DNA of 64,000 bases from a bacterium (GCA_019421005.1 JAHZGA010000001.1:38265-102264), one strand, 5' to 3'; shown: positions 20,934 to 33,844, numbered from the stretch's first letter. A program made the numbers and translations. The notes: generated by a model not told the origin, from the letters alone.

Positions 20934-21705
20934 TTACTTCCTTTGTAATTCTACCATATTTAGGTACATCAACTACATATGTTTTATTTAAAATATTTGT
21001 TTCTACTACTTTACCTTCGCCTTGTTCTGTTTTTACCATTTCACCTATTTTAGGTATTTGTTTACGACATTCTTTATAACATTCATTTTCATATTTTAAA
21101 CAGCACATTAATCTTCCACATATACCATTAATTTTATTAGGGTTTAATGATATATCTTGATTTTTGGCCATATTAATAGATACAGATTCAAAATCTTTTA
21201 AAAATTTAGTACAGCACAGACAACGTCCACATTGACCAATTCCTCCTATTTCTCTTGCTTTATCACGTACACCTACTTGTCTTAATTCAATTCTTGTTTT
21301 ATAAATATTAGCTAAACTTTTAGCTAAATTACGGAAATCTATTCTATTGTCAGCAAAAAATTGAAATACTAATTGATCACGATTAAAAGTATAATTAGCG
21401 TCGATTAAGTACATATCAAGTTGTAATTTTTTAACTAATTCTTTAGCTTTTTTTAAAGCTTTTTTAGAATCAATTAAATTTTTTTTATGTTGATTATAAT
21501 CTTCTTTACTAGCAATTCTAATTACACTTTTTAAATTTGTTTTATTATCTTTTAATTCTATAGTATCAGTTACAACTTTTCCAAATTGTAATCCACGTTC
21601 TGTTTCAACAATAACTGTTATATTTTTTTTAAGTTTCTTATTATCTGTTAAAAAATAAGTTACTCTTCCTTTTTCTTTAAAAGATACTCCAACTACTTCA
21701 TGCAT
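20914..21705 (-). CDS. ricT: PSP1-domain protein RicT/YaaT
   Basis: PSP1 C-terminal Cys cluster GICGRLMCCLKYE. It follows holB, as in Bacillus. GGGAGG RBS. Confidence 0.75.
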   Translation of the reverse strand: MHEVVGVSFKEKGRVTYFLTDNKKLKKNITVIVETERGLQFGKVVTDTIELKDNKTNLKSVIRIASKEDYNQHKKNLIDSKKALKKAKELVKKLQLDMYLIDANYTFNRDQLVFQFFADNRIDFRNLAKSLANIYKTRIELRQVGVRDKAREIGGIGQCGRCLCCTKFLKDFESVSINMAKNQDISLNPNKINGICGRLMCCLKYENECYKECRKQIPKIGEMVKTEQGEGKVVETNILNKTYVVDVPKYGRITKEVNDGCCK

Positions 21706-21708
21706 TTT

Positions 21709-22659
21709 TTACCTCCCTAGTTCTATTATTAATTTATCCAATAATAAATTAGTATTAGCGTTATATTTTAAATAATTTTTTATTTCAATAATTTTATCTA
21801 TTGTTTTAACTATTTTTTCTATACTACTATTTTTGGAAATTGTTTCTATATCATCCGCATATTTTTTAAATATTATAATATTATTATTACACATATATTC
21901 AAGTATATCTCTATAATAAAGAAGTAATATTTCAAATGCTATATTACATTCTTCTTTTGTTTTAAAGGAACTTGTCCATTTTTCATTTTCATATAATAAT
22001 GTATTAATGTTATTTTTTTCAAAAAAGAGTGCGAATTTTACAATCTTATCAATTTTTTCAATATTTTTTTCATTATTAGTAAACTGTTCTATTTCATTTG
22101 TAGTATTATATAAATTTTTAGCTATTTGAAGTTCTAATGAATCATTACTAGATAATGAATTATTTAAAGAAATAATCTGACATCTTGATATTATTGTATC
22201 TAATAATTGATATCTACTATTAGTAATTAAAATAGCTATTATATTTTCTTCAGGTTCTTCTAAAAATTTTAATAGTGAATTAGATGCAACTGTATTTAAT
22301 TTTTCAGCATTCTTTATTATATAAACTTTTCGTTTTCCTAGAATTGATTTAGTGTTAAATTGTTCTTGAAGTTCAATTAGTTGTTCTTTTTTTATCCACA
22401 TACCATCTGCTTCAATAATTTTTAATTCTAAAAAATTTCCTTCATCTATATTATGACATTGCATGCATTTTTCACACCCATTTTTATTGGTAAAATTTTT
22501 AGGACATAATAATGCTTTAGCAAAAGCAAGGGCAAAGTCAAATGTTTTTTCATAACCATTACTTTCAAATAGATATGCATGAGTAAGTCGTTGTTTTTTT
22601 ATTTCACTGTTTAATACAGAGTAATTCAATTTTTGTTCTTCAATATATTCATCTAACAC
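21709..22659 (-). CDS. holB: DNA polymerase III delta' subunit
   Basis: HAYLF motif and an AAA+-like fold lacking a Walker A lysine box, in the holB position. GTG start behind a GAGGTG RBS. Confidence 0.75.
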   Translation of the reverse strand: MLDEYIEEQKLNYSVLNSEIKKQRLTHAYLFESNGYEKTFDFALAFAKALLCPKNFTNKNGCEKCMQCHNIDEGNFLELKIIEADGMWIKKEQLIELQEQFNTKSILGKRKVYIIKNAEKLNTVASNSLLKFLEEPEENIIAILITNSRYQLLDTIISRCQIISLNNSLSSNDSLELQIAKNLYNTTNEIEQFTNNEKNIEKIDKIVKFALFFEKNNINTLLYENEKWTSSFKTKEECNIAFEILLLYYRDILEYMCNNNIIIFKKYADDIETISKNSSIEKIVKTIDKIIEIKNYLKYNANTNLLLDKLIIELGR

Positions 22660-22671
22660 ATAATCACCTCT

Positions 22672-22860
22672 TTAAAAAACAAATAGCAATACTAATAATA
22701 ACGAAAAAAGTGCTGGTAAACCTAAAACACTTACTAACAAAACGGTTATAATATTTATAGGTATCATTAATCCAAATGAACCAATTATTAAATTAAAACC
22801 ATACAATAAAAATGAACCAACAACTATTTTTCTTCCTAATATAAATATTTGTTTCAGCAT
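22672..22860 (-). CDS. bofA: BofA-family sigma-K processing regulatory membrane protein
   Basis: 62 aa with two TM helices. ..IPINIITVLLVSVLGLPALFSLL aligns with the B. subtilis BofA C-terminus HVPINLVTTAISGILGIPGIAAL. It sits after recR, as in Bacillus. Confidence 0.55.
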   Translation of the reverse strand: MLKQIFILGRKIVVGSFLLYGFNLIIGSFGLMIPINIITVLLVSVLGLPALFSLLLVLLFVF

Positions 22861-22909
22861 TTTTTCACCTCAATAAAATATATGCTTACTTTTTTTAGGT
22901 ATGATTTAG

Positions 22910-23515
22910 TTAATTTTGTTTAGAAATATTTTTTCGATCTTCAAGCGCTAATTCAAGAGTAAGTGAATCTATATATTCCATATCCGCACCGATTGGTATA
23001 CCACTAGCTATTTTAGAAACCACTACATCTTTACCTTCTAATAATTTTACTATATATAGTGCAGTAGTTTCACTTTCAATACTAGGTTTAACTGCAAGGA
23101 TAACTTCTTTTATGTCTTCAATTTCAATTCTTTCTATTAATTTATCTAAATTAATATCTTCAGGATTTATTCCATCAAGTGGAGAAATTAAGTTATTTAA
23201 TACATAATATATACCACTATATGAACCCATTTTTTCAAATAAAATTATATTTTTAGGATCATCAACTACACATATTGTTTTTCGATTACGACTTTTATCT
23301 AAACATATATCGCATAAATCGTTTTCAGTTAAATTATTACAGTGTTTGCATTTTTTAGTATTTACTTTTACATTTTTAATAGAATCAGAAAATAAATCAA
23401 TTATTTCATCATCAAGTTCTAAAACATGGAATGCTAAACGTTCAGCAGTTTTATCACCAATTCCTGGTAATTTTTTAAAACACTCTTTTAAATTGTTTAA
23501 TGTTTGTGGATACAT
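22910..23515 (-). CDS. recR: Recombination protein RecR
   Basis: HhH motif LPGIGDKTAERLAF, a C4 zinc finger, and a Toprim domain. Confidence 0.9.
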   Translation of the reverse strand: MYPQTLNNLKECFKKLPGIGDKTAERLAFHVLELDDEIIDLFSDSIKNVKVNTKKCKHCNNLTENDLCDICLDKSRNRKTICVVDDPKNIILFEKMGSYSGIYYVLNNLISPLDGINPEDINLDKLIERIEIEDIKEVILAVKPSIESETTALYIVKLLEGKDVVVSKIASGIPIGADMEYIDSLTLELALEDRKNISKQN

Positions 23516-23811
23516 TAGAAAAGTCCTGGCATTCCTTTAGTAAATTTTCCCATTTTTTCTTCTGTTATTTTATCAATTTTTTTCATTGCGTCATTAACTG
23601 CTACGACAATCATATCTTCTAACATTTCTAAATCATCTTTTTCTAATTCTTCACTTTTTATTTTTACTTCCAATATTTCTTTTTTACCATTTACTTTTAC
23701 ATTTACTAAAGAAGAAGTACCTTCAAAAGTTTGATCATCAATTTCTTCTTTTGTTTTCATCATATCTTTTTGTAGCTTTTGAGCTTGTTTCATCATTGCT
23801 TGTATATTCAT
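23515..23811 (-). CDS. Nucleoid-associated protein YbaB/EbfC (YaaK)
   Basis: 98 aa with the MMKQAQKLQ..M motif. Sits between dnaX and recR. Confidence 0.8.
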   Translation of the reverse strand: MNIQAMMKQAQKLQKDMMKTKEEIDDQTFEGTSSLVNVKVNGKKEILEVKIKSEELEKDDLEMLEDMIVVAVNDAMKKIDKITEEKMGKFTKGMPGLF

Positions 23812-23828
23812 TATATCCCTCTTTCTAA

Positions 23829-25544
23829 TTAATTATATTCTACTATATTATCAAATAATTGGTCAATATCATTATTAACTGATGTTTTCTCATTAGAATT
23901 TAAAATTTCTTCAATATTTATATTATCATCAATATGTTTAAATTCACGTTTTTTATTATTAAAGTCATCTTTAATAACATTCCATTCATCTAAATAAGTA
24001 GAAATAATTTTATAATCTTTATTATAAACTTTTTTAAACATTTTTTCAATGGTTAATAATTTCTCATTAAATAAATCTGAAATATGTTCTGTATCATATA
24101 CAAATATCAAATATTCATCTCCAACAGCTTTTAATTTTCCATCTAAAACCATTGATGCTTCATAATTATATTCTGGATTTAAAATCAAATTTCTTATTTG
24201 TTCTAAATCGTTTTTAAATTCAAGAAAATTTCTTTTATTAAAAGAACTTAAAGCATTATTAATTCTAATTTCTTTTACTTTTTTTAATTCTTCTTTTATT
24301 TTTTGATTTACTTTATCTAGTATTTTATCTTCAATTTCTTCTTTTATTTTTTTAGTAATGTTATTTTCTTCAGTCGTTTTATCTGGAATATTTTTATCTA
24401 TATTTAACGTTTTAGCTTCTAAATTTTTCACTTCTAATTTAGGCTTTTGAATATGTGATGATGATACTTCTTCTAATCCTTCTTGACTTATTAATTTTAT
24501 CATAGAAGTTTCTAAAATTATTTTTTGATTAACTGATTGTTTCATCATACCAAGAGTTTCATTTAATATTTCAATTCCTTTTATAACGAACTTTTGTTCA
24601 ATATCAATATCATACAATTGATAGTTACTATTGTTTTCTTTAAAATATTCAAATGCATTTTTATACATCAAAATGTTTTTCATAAAAAGCATTATTTCTT
24701 CTATTAGTTTAGCAAGATTTTTTCCATTTTTATCATATTGATTTATTATTTTTAATACTTTAGAAACATCTTTTTCAATTAAACTAACAACTAATTCTTT
24801 TATATCTTCAGCTGCTAATGTTCCATTAATTTCATGAACATCTTGAGGAGTAATTTCTTTATCAGTAAAAGAGCTAACTTGGTCTAGCATACTTAAGGCA
24901 TCACGCATTCCACCATCAGCAAGTCTAGCCAATTCTTTTAAAGCATCGTCAGTTATATTTATATTTTCAACATTTGTTACCTCTTTTAAATGGTTCAATA
25001 TCAATTCATCGGGAATTTTTTTAAAATCAAATCTTTGACAACGTGATAAAATAGTAGCTGGTATTTTTTGAGGTTCTGTTGTTGCCAAAATAAACACAAT
25101 ATGACTAGGAGGTTCTTCTAAAGTTTTTAACAATGCATTAAAAGCTCCAACCGTTAACATGTGAACTTCATCAATAATATAAATTTTATATTTTCCAGTG
25201 TTAGGAACAAGATTTACTTTACTTTTTAATTCTCTAATTTCATCTACTCCATTATTTGATGCAGCATCTATTTCAATTACGTCAATCATTTGTTTTTTAT
25301 TATATTGAATACAGTTGACACATTCATCACATGGAGTTACATCTTTTAAATTTAAGCAATTAATAGTTTTAGCTAAAATTTTGGCTATACTAGTTTTTCC
25401 TGTACCCCGTGGACCAGTAAACAGATATGCGTGAGTTAATTTATTATTTTTAATTGAGTTTTTTAATGTTTGAACAACTATTTTTTGACCAACAACTTGA
25501 TCAAATTTAGTTGGACGATATTTTCTATATAAAGCTTGATACAT
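23829..25544 (-). CDS. dnaX: DNA polymerase III subunits gamma/tau
   Basis: Walker A motif GPRGTGKTS, a Zn module CDECVNC, and the DEVHML motif. Confidence 0.9.
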   Translation of the reverse strand: MYQALYRKYRPTKFDQVVGQKIVVQTLKNSIKNNKLTHAYLFTGPRGTGKTSIAKILAKTINCLNLKDVTPCDECVNCIQYNKKQMIDVIEIDAASNNGVDEIRELKSKVNLVPNTGKYKIYIIDEVHMLTVGAFNALLKTLEEPPSHIVFILATTEPQKIPATILSRCQRFDFKKIPDELILNHLKEVTNVENINITDDALKELARLADGGMRDALSMLDQVSSFTDKEITPQDVHEINGTLAAEDIKELVVSLIEKDVSKVLKIINQYDKNGKNLAKLIEEIMLFMKNILMYKNAFEYFKENNSNYQLYDIDIEQKFVIKGIEILNETLGMMKQSVNQKIILETSMIKLISQEGLEEVSSSHIQKPKLEVKNLEAKTLNIDKNIPDKTTEENNITKKIKEEIEDKILDKVNQKIKEELKKVKEIRINNALSSFNKRNFLEFKNDLEQIRNLILNPEYNYEASMVLDGKLKAVGDEYLIFVYDTEHISDLFNEKLLTIEKMFKKVYNKDYKIISTYLDEWNVIKDDFNNKKREFKHIDDNINIEEILNSNEKTSVNNDIDQLFDNIVEYN

Positions 25545-25693
25545 AATTTAAAATATCTTATATATAATTTAGTTACAAGAGAGATATTGTTTTTTCACTA
25601 AATATATATAACATTTCCTTTTTAGATTTCTCTCTTAATTTACAATAACATTCTATACCAACATTATAGCACATTACATTGCATAAAAACCAA
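25545..25693 (-). promoter_or_regulatory. dnaX leader with an extended -10 promoter (TGCTATAAT) and a long imperfect hairpin
   Basis: Minus strand shows tgcTATAAT at about +25660-25668. Downstream, AAGAGAGA...TCTCTCTT arms (8 bp) flank a roughly 46-nt loop. Confidence 0.35.
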
Positions 25694-26110
25694 TCATTTT
25701 CTTTTATTTATAAAAAATTTTTTCAACATAATAGAACATTCGTTCGAGTGAGTGACATTTTTATCAATAACTATATTTTTCATGTTTTTAAGATATCCAT
25801 ATTTAGGACTTTCAGTAGCGTATATAATTTTCTTTATTCGAGATTGTTCTATTGCACCACAACACATCATACAAGGTTCTAAAGTTACATAAATTTCACA
25901 TTCTTCTAAACGCCAAGTTTTTAATTTTTTACACGCTTTTTCTAGCGCTATTATTTCTGCATGTTTTATAACGTTTTGTTTATTTTCTCTTTGATTATGT
26001 GCTTTAGAAATTATTTTATTATTTTTAACAATTACAGCTCCAACGGGAACTTCTTTTTTAGCATAAGCTTTTTTTGCTTCTTTAATAGCAGCCATCATAT
26101 AATCTTGCAT
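25694..26110 (-). CDS. tadA: tRNA-specific adenosine deaminase TadA
   Basis: CDA zinc motifs HAE..A and PCMMC. Confidence 0.85.
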   Translation of the reverse strand: MQDYMMAAIKEAKKAYAKKEVPVGAVIVKNNKIISKAHNQRENKQNVIKHAEIIALEKACKKLKTWRLEECEIYVTLEPCMMCCGAIEQSRIKKIIYATESPKYGYLKNMKNIVIDKNVTHSNECSIMLKKFFINKRK

Positions 26111-26132
26111 AAATACACCTCATTTTTTTGTA

Positions 26133-26214
26133 ATAAAAAAGCACACACGTTCAGAGATACTTAAGGCTGCTATCTTCCGATTCTGACCTGTTTCATATAT
26201 AAACGTTGTGCTAT
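26133..26214 (-). ncRNA. ffs: Signal recognition particle RNA (small 4.5S-type SRP RNA, ffs/scr)
   Basis: Minus strand AGCACAACGUU...AACAGGUCAGAAUCGGAAGAUAGCAGCCUUAAG...GAACGUGUGUGC-UUUUUU. It matches the E. coli 4.5S domain IV core ACCAGGUCAGGUCCGGAAGGAAGCAGCCAAGG...ACGCGUGUGCC. The 5'/3' ends pair, and a U-run terminator follows. It lies in the gyrA-tadA gap, displaced one gene relative to the Bacillus tadA-scr-dnaX order. Confidence 0.75.
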
Positions 26215-26218
26215 TACA

Positions 26219-26247
26219 ATAATATCTTATTTTTAGTTATTTTGCAA
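26219..26247 (-). promoter_or_regulatory. Consensus-like sigma-A promoter driving ffs
   Basis: Minus strand TTGCAA-17-TATTAT. The predicted start site is about 7 nt upstream of the SRP RNA 5' helix. Confidence 0.5.
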
Positions 26248-26281
26248 GTTTTTATAGAATTTAATATACATTTTTCATTTT

Positions 26282-26301
26282 GATGTTTCACGTGAAACAT
26301 C
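26282..26301. other. parS site 1 (ParB/Spo0J binding palindrome)
   Basis: GATGTTTCACGTGAAACATC is a perfect 20-bp palindrome containing the 16-bp parS consensus TGTTTCACGTGAAACA. Confidence 0.75.
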
Positions 26302-26346
26302 AAAATATTTTATTATATCTATATCATTCAATTCAATTTTATAAAT

Positions 26347-26372
26347 AACAATGTTTCACGTGAAACATTGTT
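26347..26372. other. parS site 2
   Basis: AACAATGTTTCACGTGAAACATTGTT is a perfect 26-bp palindrome with the same 16-bp core. Confidence 0.75.
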
Positions 26373-26463
26373 ATCTGTTTATATTATTAGGCAAAAGAAT
26401 GCTTGTTTTTTTATACTTAAAATTAATATTAATTTATTTTGAATTTAATTATGTTTTATGTTT

Positions 26464-26489
26464 AGTAATGTTTCACGTGAAACATTACT
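26464..26489. other. parS site 3
   Basis: AGTAATGTTTCACGTGAAACATTACT is a perfect 26-bp palindrome with the same core. Confidence 0.75.
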
Positions 26490-26525
26490 ACTGAATTTTA
26501 TTATTTGTTATTACGTATTTATATA

Positions 26526-26559
26526 TTTTTTATATGTTTCACGTGAAACATATAAAAAA
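26526..26559. other. parS site 4
   Basis: TTTTTATATGTTTCACGTGAAACATATAAAAA is a perfect palindrome with the same core. It abuts the gyrA terminator. Confidence 0.75.
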
Positions 26560-26577
26560 AGAAACTATTGTTTCTCT
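26554..26577 (-). terminator. gyrA intrinsic terminator
   Basis: Minus-strand stem AGAAAC-aata-GTTTCT overlaps the TAG stop and is followed by U7. Confidence 0.5.
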
Positions 26578-29009
26578 GAATTTCCTTGATTTTCTTCAAC
26601 AGTTTCTTCTTTATCCATAATAGTTATAGTACTTACTTTTTGATTATCTTTTAAGTTTATTAATTTAACACCTTGAGCAACACGTCCTGTTGATGATACT
26701 TGATTTAAAGATAATCTAATAATAATTCCATTATCAGTTATAATCATTAAATCTTCATCACCATAAACACATTTAAATGATACAATATTGCCATTTTTTT
26801 CGGTTACATTTAAAGCTTTTACACCTTTACTACCACGGTGTGTTATTCTATATTCAGATAATTCAGTTTTCTTACCATATCCTTTTTCAGTTACAACTAA
26901 AACTTGATGACCGTTTTTAGCAATTTCACAACCTACACAGCTTCCATCACCAATATCAATACCTTTAACACCAGATGCTGTTCTTCCCATAACTCTTATT
27001 TCATTTTCATCTATACGAACCATTCTTCCGTTTGAAGAAGCTATTAACACTTCATTATCCCCGTTAGTTTTCTTAACTGCTAGAAGTTCATCTTCATCTT
27101 TTAAAGTAATAGCAATTTTTCCACTAACTCTTATATTTTCAAACTCTTTTAAATTAGTCTTTTTAATTAAACCTTTTTTCGTACAGAATACTACATATTT
27201 AGAATCATCATCATTAGTCACTTTTAACATTGCTTTAACTTGTTCACCTTTTTCAAGTGGTAAAAGATTTATAATTGGTAAACCTTTAGATTGACGATTG
27301 AATAAAGGAATTTTATATCCTTTCATTCTGTAAACTTTTCCTTTATTTGTAAAGAACATTATATAATCATGAGTAGTCATTGTAATCATATTTTCAACAT
27401 AATCTTCCTCATTGGTTGACATTCCCTTTACACCTACTCCACCACGATTTTGAGTTCGATAGTTTTCAGTATTCATACGCTTTATGTAACCTTTATCAGT
27501 AAGAGAAACAACAATTTTTTCAACCGGAATTAAAGATTCATCCTCAATATATTCTATAGCTGTCATATCAATATTAGTACGTCTTTCATCTCCGTATTTA
27601 TCTCTAATTTCAATTAATTCATCCTTAATAACTTTCAAAATATTCTCATTACTACTTAATATTTCTTTTAATTCTTGAATTAGTTTTAATAATTCTTTTA
27701 AATCGTTTTCAATTTTTTCTCTTTCTAAACCAGTTAAACGACGAAGTTTCATTTCCAAAATAGCATTAGCTTGAACTTCAGATAAGCCATAATTATTAAT
27801 CAAACCTTCTCTTGCTTTATCATCTGATTTTGAAGCCTTAATTAACTTAATTATTGCATCAATATTATCTAACGCTATTTTTAATCCCTCTAAAATATGA
27901 ACTCTTTTTTCAGCTACACTTAAATCATATTTAGTTCTTCTAATAATAATTTCCTTTTGAAAATCAATATATTTACTAATAATATCCCTTAAACCTAAAG
28001 TTTTAGGAACACCTTGATCAAGCATTAAAAACATAATACCATATGATGTTTGAAATGATGTATGCTTATAAAGTTTATTAAGTACAACTTGAGCATTCGC
28101 ATCTTTCTTTAAAGTAATAGTAATTTTAATTCCCTCTTTTAAATCAGAGTGATAATCAGAAATTCCCTCAATTACTTTATTATGTACCAATTCAGCAACT
28201 TTATTTTTTAATTCCGAAGTATTAATACCATATGGAACTTCATCAATAATAATATATTGACGACCATTTTTTTCTTCAATACGTGCCCTACTACGAATAG
28301 TTATTACACCTCTACCCGTTTCATAAGCTTTCTTTATTCCACTATTTCCCAATATAGTCGCACCTGTTGGAAAATCTGGTCCCTTAATATATTCCATAAG
28401 ACCTAAAACATCTATTTCAGGATTATCAATATAAGCAATACAACCATCAATTACTTCTTTTAAATTATGAGGTGGTATATTGGTAGCCATACCAACAGCA
28501 ATTCCAGTTGTTCCATTAACTAATATATTAGGAAATCTAGAAGGTAATATTTCTGGTTCCTTTTCAGATTCATCAAAATTAGGAACAAAATCAACTGTAT
28601 TTTTATTAATATTACGCAATAATTCTAAAGATATTTTTGATAATCTTGATTCTGTATAACGCATAGCTGCAGCGCCATAACCCTCTATATTACCAAAATT
28701 ACCATGACCATCAACTAACATATATCTATATGAAAAATCTTGAGCCATTCTAACCATTGCTTCATAAATACTAGAATCACCATGTGGATGATATTTACCC
28801 ATAACATCTCCTACTATTCTAGCACTTTTTTTATGTGGTTTATCAGGAGTATAACCTGATTCATACATTGAATATAAAATTCTTCTATGAACAGGTTTCA
28901 AACCATCTCTTAAATCTGGTAAAGCTCTTGCAACAATAACACTCATAGAATATTCCAAAAATGAATCTTCTACTTCTTTTACTATATTATTCTTTTCACA
29001 ATTATCCAT
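26565..29009 (-). CDS. gyrA: DNA gyrase subunit A
   Basis: 814 aa with the active-site Tyr region AAMRYTE, a QRDR-like segment, and a C-terminal beta-pinwheel. Confidence 0.95.
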   Translation of the reverse strand: MDNCEKNNIVKEVEDSFLEYSMSVIVARALPDLRDGLKPVHRRILYSMYESGYTPDKPHKKSARIVGDVMGKYHPHGDSSIYEAMVRMAQDFSYRYMLVDGHGNFGNIEGYGAAAMRYTESRLSKISLELLRNINKNTVDFVPNFDESEKEPEILPSRFPNILVNGTTGIAVGMATNIPPHNLKEVIDGCIAYIDNPEIDVLGLMEYIKGPDFPTGATILGNSGIKKAYETGRGVITIRSRARIEEKNGRQYIIIDEVPYGINTSELKNKVAELVHNKVIEGISDYHSDLKEGIKITITLKKDANAQVVLNKLYKHTSFQTSYGIMFLMLDQGVPKTLGLRDIISKYIDFQKEIIIRRTKYDLSVAEKRVHILEGLKIALDNIDAIIKLIKASKSDDKAREGLINNYGLSEVQANAILEMKLRRLTGLEREKIENDLKELLKLIQELKEILSSNENILKVIKDELIEIRDKYGDERRTNIDMTAIEYIEDESLIPVEKIVVSLTDKGYIKRMNTENYRTQNRGGVGVKGMSTNEEDYVENMITMTTHDYIMFFTNKGKVYRMKGYKIPLFNRQSKGLPIINLLPLEKGEQVKAMLKVTNDDDSKYVVFCTKKGLIKKTNLKEFENIRVSGKIAITLKDEDELLAVKKTNGDNEVLIASSNGRMVRIDENEIRVMGRTASGVKGIDIGDGSCVGCEIAKNGHQVLVVTEKGYGKKTELSEYRITHRGSKGVKALNVTEKNGNIVSFKCVYGDEDLMIITDNGIIIRLSLNQVSSTGRVAQGVKLINLKDNQKVSTITIMDKEETVEENQGNSEKQ

Positions 29010-29019
29010 AATTCACCTC

Positions 29020-32041
<3,022 letters not shown>

Positions 32042-32153
32042 AAAATACCTCTTCTTGATACATTTAAAAAATATGTACTCCTCTACATCTATACCCATTA
32101 TACCATAAAATAGTAGGTTTTTCCATAAAAAAATAGCCCATTGACTATTTTTT

Positions 32154-32603
32154 TTAAGTTAATTTTCGTTTTTTTAGAATAGCTTCTAACCTAGTAGCAC
32201 GCAAAATCTGATTATCAAGCGATTCAAAAGAAATATCAAATTCTACATCTTGACCATCGGCAAAACTAATTAAAGTATGACGATTAATTTTTTGGTAATC
32301 TTTTATTAACTTTAAGCTAATCCATGCACAATGACTAAAACGTGGCGAACTTGTTGGAAAAAAGATTAATTCAGTACTTTCTTCAATTATAATTGGAGCT
32401 TTATAGTTATAACCTAATAAATTTTTAGTTCCTTCAAAACGTCCTACATAAGAACTACCAAAATAGCGACAGCTTTGATCAATAATTTTTTGAACCGATT
32501 GATTAACAATTAAAATTTCTTCCTGTTCTATTATTCTTGATGTATTATCATCAATTGGTATAACTGCACATGTTGTTTTATTTATTTCATAATTTTCCAA
32601 CAT
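32154..32603 (-). CDS. comK: ComK-family competence transcription factor homolog (short, 149 aa)
   Basis: Aligns along its full length with B. subtilis ComK: LENYEIN...CAVIP / LESYEVN..IAVLP; SCRYFGSSYVGR / SCRFFGSSYAGR; FFPTSSPRFSHCAWIS / LFPTLSSTRPQCGWIS; FESLDNQILRATRL / YNSFENQVYRTAWL. GGGAGGTG RBS. It occupies the slot where Bacillus has yaaA. Confidence 0.7.
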   Translation of the reverse strand: MLENYEINKTTCAVIPIDDNTSRIIEQEEILIVNQSVQKIIDQSCRYFGSSYVGRFEGTKNLLGYNYKAPIIIEESTELIFFPTSSPRFSHCAWISLKLIKDYQKINRHTLISFADGQDVEFDISFESLDNQILRATRLEAILKKRKLT

Positions 32604-32722
32604 ATACCAAACACCTCCCTACTAATAACATTCAATAAAAATATTGAATTTCCTCTTTTATACCATAAAATATTGTCGAAATTTATCAAAATTTGTCGAT
32701 TTAAGTAAAAAAAAAGAACAAA

Positions 32723-33844
32723 TTAGTATGTTCTTATAGGCAAAATTAATTGAGTTAAGTCATCAATTGATGTACTTTTTATTATAATTGGTTTTATTTC
32801 TCCATTAAATAAAAGTTCTATTTCATCACAATCAATATATCTTAAAGCTTCTAACATATATTTAGAACTAAAAGAAATTCTAATATCTTCTTTATTAACA
32901 TTATCAACCATAACTTTTTCAACAACATTTCCTATTTCAGGAATATTTGAAGAAATTGTAACTAAATCATCTTTTGTTTCTAAACAAATTGTATTTTTAT
33001 CAGATTCATTAGTTAATAATGATGCCCTGTCAATTGAATCATAAAATTGATTTAATTTTACTTTTAAAACAATTTTAAATTCTTTTGGAATTAATTTAGA
33101 AGTATCAGGATAAGTTCCATTAATTAAACGGGACATAAAGATGATATTATTAAATCTAAAAATAATTTTATTATTAAAAATATGTAATTCAACTTCTCCT
33201 TCATCATCTATTAGTAATTTATTTAATTCAATAATATTTTTACTAGGTATTACAATATTTATATCTTCATCACTTGAGTTATTTAAAGTTAAAACTTTTT
33301 TTGATAAACGATAAGAATCAGTTGCAGTACATTCTAAAGTATCTTTAGAAATTTTTAAATTAATTCCTGTTAAAATAGGTCTTGATTCTTGATTAGAAGT
33401 AGCAAATACTGTTTGATGAATTAAATTCTTTAAAACCTTATTAGCAAGAATAATAGGATGTTTATTTTCTTCTAATTCTATATTTGGATATTCGCTTACA
33501 TTATTACAATTTAATTTAAATGAAGAATTACTTGAAGATATTGAAATCGTTGAATCAAAAATTTCTTCAATTGTTATAATTTCATTAGGTAACTTTCTTA
33601 TTATTTCATATATATAATGTCCTGAAACAACTATATCCCCACATTTTTCAATTTGTTCAATATTTTTTTCTGGTATAAATGTTTTTATGGAAATATCATT
33701 ATTGGTACTCATTAAAAATAATCCATTATTAGTTAATTCAAATTTAATACAATTTAAAATAGGTATTAAATTTTTATTAGAAATTCCTTTTATTACATAA
33801 TTTAAATGTTCCATTAATATATTTTGTTTAATTTTAATTTTCAT
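32723..33844 (-). CDS. dnaN: DNA polymerase III beta sliding clamp
   Basis: 373 aa with the three-domain clamp, positioned between dnaA and recF. AAGGAG RBS. Confidence 0.9.
   Translation of the reverse strand: MKIKIKQNILMEHLNYVIKGISNKNLIPILNCIKFELTNNGLFLMSTNNDISIKTFIPEKNIEQIEKCGDIVVSGHYIYEIIRKLPNEIITIEEIFDSTISISSSNSSFKLNCNNVSEYPNIELEENKHPIILANKVLKNLIHQTVFATSNQESRPILTGINLKISKDTLECTATDSYRLSKKVLTLNNSSDEDINIVIPSKNIIELNKLLIDDEGEVELHIFNNKIIFRFNNIIFMSRLINGTYPDTSKLIPKEFKIVLKVKLNQFYDSIDRASLLTNESDKNTICLETKDDLVTISSNIPEIGNVVEKVMVDNVNKEDIRISFSSKYMLEALRYIDCDEIELLFNGEIKPIIIKSTSIDDLTQLILPIRTY

Noticed and set aside
26282-26559. Possible CRISPR array: a repeated 16-bp palindromic unit with spacers.
   Set aside because: There are only four copies, and the spacings are irregular (68, 117 and 66 bp). 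The unit is the exact parS consensus, the flanks are themselves palindromic, and no cas genes are present. It is a ParB-site array, not a CRISPR.
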